From Podarcis melisellensis (Eukaryota), in NCBI GenBank assembly GCA_964234715.1, contig OZ174281.1: DNA of 64,000 nt; one strand, 5' to 3'. Numbering within the stretch: the first letter of the stretch is position 1; each line of letters begins with the position of its first letter. Under the pieces are notes generated by a model. It saw nothing but the letters and a program-made list of their open reading frames with translations. It was not told the origin of the DNA and ran no database searches. This document shows, one piece after another, positions 61,068-64,000 of this stretch. The translations under genes and the position numbers were made by a program.

Positions 61068-61934
61068 TTGTGGTGGGGGCCGCCAGGACATTCCAAAGTT
61101 GGGGGCGGGCTAACTGATGCGATTGGGGTTTCCCTTGTTGTTGGGAAGAAATTAATGTTTCCATTTATTGATTGACAGCCAGAAATGCTAAAACTCCTTG
61201 CACGAGGCTAGGGCTTCCTCTTTTCGACCGTGCAGCGGATTGCCCGTCCCTCCCTCCCTAGAATAGGGTTGTTCGCTTTGACCTTGCTATGCCTGTCATG
61301 GGGTCGTTTGTCCATCTGGCTGATTGGCTGGGGCCATTTGGTTTTTGCCTACTGCGTAGCAAATCGTCACGACTTGTAAGATTGCGGTTAGGCATTGGTT
61401 TATGGTTTGGTTGGTTGAGGGGCATGGATTGGCTGTGCCTGTCCCTCTAATGCTGCTGCTGCAAGGGATTCCGTTAAAGGAATTGGGGGCTAACTATTGC
61501 TTGTCCACTCTGTCAAGGGGGCTCGGGCCATAGCAATGAGCTCCTGTTTGCATTTGGGGTGAGGGCAGGTTCCCTGCTCCGCGTAACCCACAAGTGTATT
61601 CCCCCATTCTGACTTTCGCATCGTGCGGAATGTCAGTTTGTCCCCCATGGTGGGGGCAGATAGTCGCAACCAATGCCTGGTTGCATTTGGGGTGAGGGCA
61701 GGTTCCCTGCTCCGCGTAACCCCCAAGTGTATTCCCCCATTCTTACTTTGGCATCGTGCGGAATGTCAGTCTGTCCCCCATGGTGGGGGCAGATAGTCGC
61801 AACCAATGCCTAAGCAACCACTCACAAATTTGTATTTTAATAAAGTTGTGGCCAAAATTATGCCAAAAACCTTAAACAAAAATTCTGTGTGATGTGTGAG
61901 TTATTGGGGTGGACCTGGGGACCTCAACACGCAA
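61068..61934 (+). mobile_element. Young non-coding repeat, copy 2 (complete, about 866 bp)
   Basis: Flanked by CATG(T) direct repeats; termini (T)TGTGG...CGCAA; two 133-bp internal tandem units (61543-61675, 61676-61808); AATAAA at about 61839; CpG-rich relative to its flanks. Confidence 0.88.
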
Positions 61935-62093
61935 CATGTACTTATTTTGTAAAATACTTTACAAGTTTTTTTATAATCTTATGATCAGCATACTGGGTAC
62001 TCTGCACGCAGGATAGGTTGCATTGGAACACTTAGCAGGACTTGATAAGAATTACTAATGATCAGGAAGTGGGGTTGGGATAAGTCTGCATTA

Positions 62094-62304
62094 AAGGTAA
62101 AGGTAAAGGGACCCCTGACCATTAGGTCCAGTCGTGTCCAACTCTGGGGTTGCAGTGCTCATCTTGCTTTATTGGCCGAGGGAGCCAGCGTACAGCTTCC
62201 GGCTCATGTGGCCAGCATGACTAAGCCGCTTCTGGTGAACCAGAGCAGCGCACGGAAACGCTGTTTACCTTCCAGCCAGAGCGGTACCTATTTATCTACT
62301 TGCA
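62094..62304 (-). mobile_element. Sauria SINE (lacertid type), 5'-truncated
   Basis: aaggtaaaggtaaagggacccctgaccattaggtccagtcgtg is the reverse complement of the (ACCTTT)n tail; 8-bp TSD CTGCATTA (62086-62093, 62305-62312). Confidence 0.92.
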
Positions 62305-63839
62305 CTGCATTACTTGTCATGAAACAGGACTAAGTATTGAAAATAGTAATGATTATTTTCCTGGTGAACCCTTTTGTGTGAATGGACTTCCCCAAACTTC
62401 CTCACTTTGTGTTATAGCAATTAGGTTGAAAGTTTCTTAGATTTTCCAGGTCCAGTTCCCTCAGCTGCCGCTTTCTTTCGCTTCCAACTTGAAGCTAAAG
62501 TCACAGTGAGAAGCAAAATATGGAAGAGCTCCAAATTTCAAAACTCAAAATGTGTTTTTACTCTTTGGTTTTAAAAAAAGGTTGATTATAATTCTGTATA
62601 TGTTCTCTATTTTGTGAAGGCAGAATAAATTAGAAATTGCTGTCACTGAGGGGACAGATAGAATTTAATTTTCCCCCTTGTGCCAAGCATCACATTTATG
62701 TCAGAGAAGGTAGCTAATGTTCCAATCTGCAGAAGAAGGTCGTGGCCTTGTGAGAATAATAATGCTTCCATCCTAGCCCTCAAGGATCTGTGCCCAACCC
62801 CTCTGCAAGCTGCATGACTGAAGGATAACAAGGCAAGAAGCTGTGTAGGTACAGCAACCCAAAATTAATGAAGTATCCCAGGACAGTGGAATGACAGAAG
62901 AGCTGCCTTTTTGCCCCTTAAAGGCATCAGAAAGCATAGCAGGGAAGAGAAGACTGGAATGCAAGCACCATTCTTGAATGGAAAAACCTCCCTGAAGTTT
63001 CATGTTGCTCATCAACACGCCCTGTCAATATATTGCAGAAAAACAAATGTATTATGCTAATAATATATGCAAACTAAGATTCACTAGCAGCCTCCAGAGA
63101 GGCTCCAGTTGACGAAATGTGTGCATCCTTTGAAATCGACTGGTCTCAGGTACTTGCAGAAACACTCATCAAATTATATCTCTGCATACGTGGGGGTTGT
63201 GAATTTTCAAGTATCAAAGGGTTGTGCTAGAAGACTGTAGTGGTATCTGGTTTGCTCTATTTGCAGAGCATCTGGGGTTACTGCACTGAACTATCGAACC
63301 TGATAGTACAAGTAAAATTATAGAATTCCTTCAGTTTGTTTCTGACAGCTCATCTATGTAGAGATAATTGTTTTCCTAACTTTAGCTTCTTTGATAATTC
63401 AAGAAAAAAATAGGCAAATATGATTTTGACAGTATTAGATTCGTCATGCAAGAAACAGCCATTATTACTTTAAAGCTTGCTCACAATTTTGTGACAACTG
63501 GGTTCCATAAGTTGAGGGCTCATTGTATTTTAGTAAATGATCTGTCAAATCCCCAAAAGGTGTTTAGTCTTTTATTCAGATGGCTAAGTTATATTAAAAC
63601 ATACCATGTTGTTTGCTGATAATATGATGGAACAGCTGAAGACAAGCTTTAAGAAAGTTCAGTTATTAATATTTATGGCTGTATGAATGTTCATCCCAGA
63701 AAATGCAGACTAATAATTGGGTGTAACTTCAAGAGGTTTTAAAAACTTCTGCTGAGCCACAGCATTTTTTAAGCAAGCTGTTTGGACTCCCCCCAATGAA
63801 TAAATGAAGTGATTCAATTATTTAAAAGTTTATTCAAAA

Positions 63840-63925
63840 GCTAGTGTACATAGTGATGGTTAAGAGAATGAGCTGAGAGCCATGCAGTCCCCAGTTTCAC
63901 CTCATCTCACCTACAAACTTAGTTT
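63840..63925 (+). mobile_element. Degraded tRNA-derived SINE head
   Basis: A-box-like tagtgatggttaagag followed by a degenerate B-box ccccagtttcac. Confidence 0.4.
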
Positions 63926-64000
63926 TGCTCTTCTCCATCATCCCGTTCTGCCACACTGCCCCAAGTTCTCAGTAGTTGCTTGTTATTTTCATCTCTGACC

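Noticed and set aside
61105-61185. Hammerhead ribozyme (ctgatgcga...gaaa), and minus-strand ctgaca...gcgaaag in the tandem unit
   Set aside because: Neither has the CUGANGA core with correct stem II spacing and a pairing stem I.
1-61934. The two repeats as paired LTRs of one giant 61-kb element
   Set aside because: Copy 2 has its own flanking direct repeat, and the interior is ordinary host intron with an orthologous exon and old TEs.

Overview
This is vertebrate genomic DNA, almost certainly from a lacertid-type lizard, judged from a Sauria SINE with an (ACCTTT)n tail plus squamate CR1/L2/RTE LINEs and Tc1/mariner and hAT MITEs. The window is almost entirely intronic. The only host coding sequence I can support is a 123-bp symmetric exon (57916-58038, +) encoding the start of the MAM domain of receptor tyrosine phosphatase mu (PTPRM exon 2), so about 58 kb is intron 1 and about 6 kb is intron 2. 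Nearly all ORF-track entries are spurious; the exceptions are transposon-derived. The most striking object is a young, non-coding repeat of about 866 bp, present twice in direct orientation about 61 kb apart (1-607 partial; 61068-61934 complete; about 98% identical). It has atypical termini, an internal 133-bp tandem unit folding into a multi-hairpin junction, and a long-range inverted repeat. Two older elements share its architecture (about 19790-20245 + and about 43495-44190 -). These may be terminal-repeat remnants of DIRS/Ngaro-type or unusual LTR retroelements. Family names were assigned by recognition, without database searches, and fuzzy boundaries are approximate.
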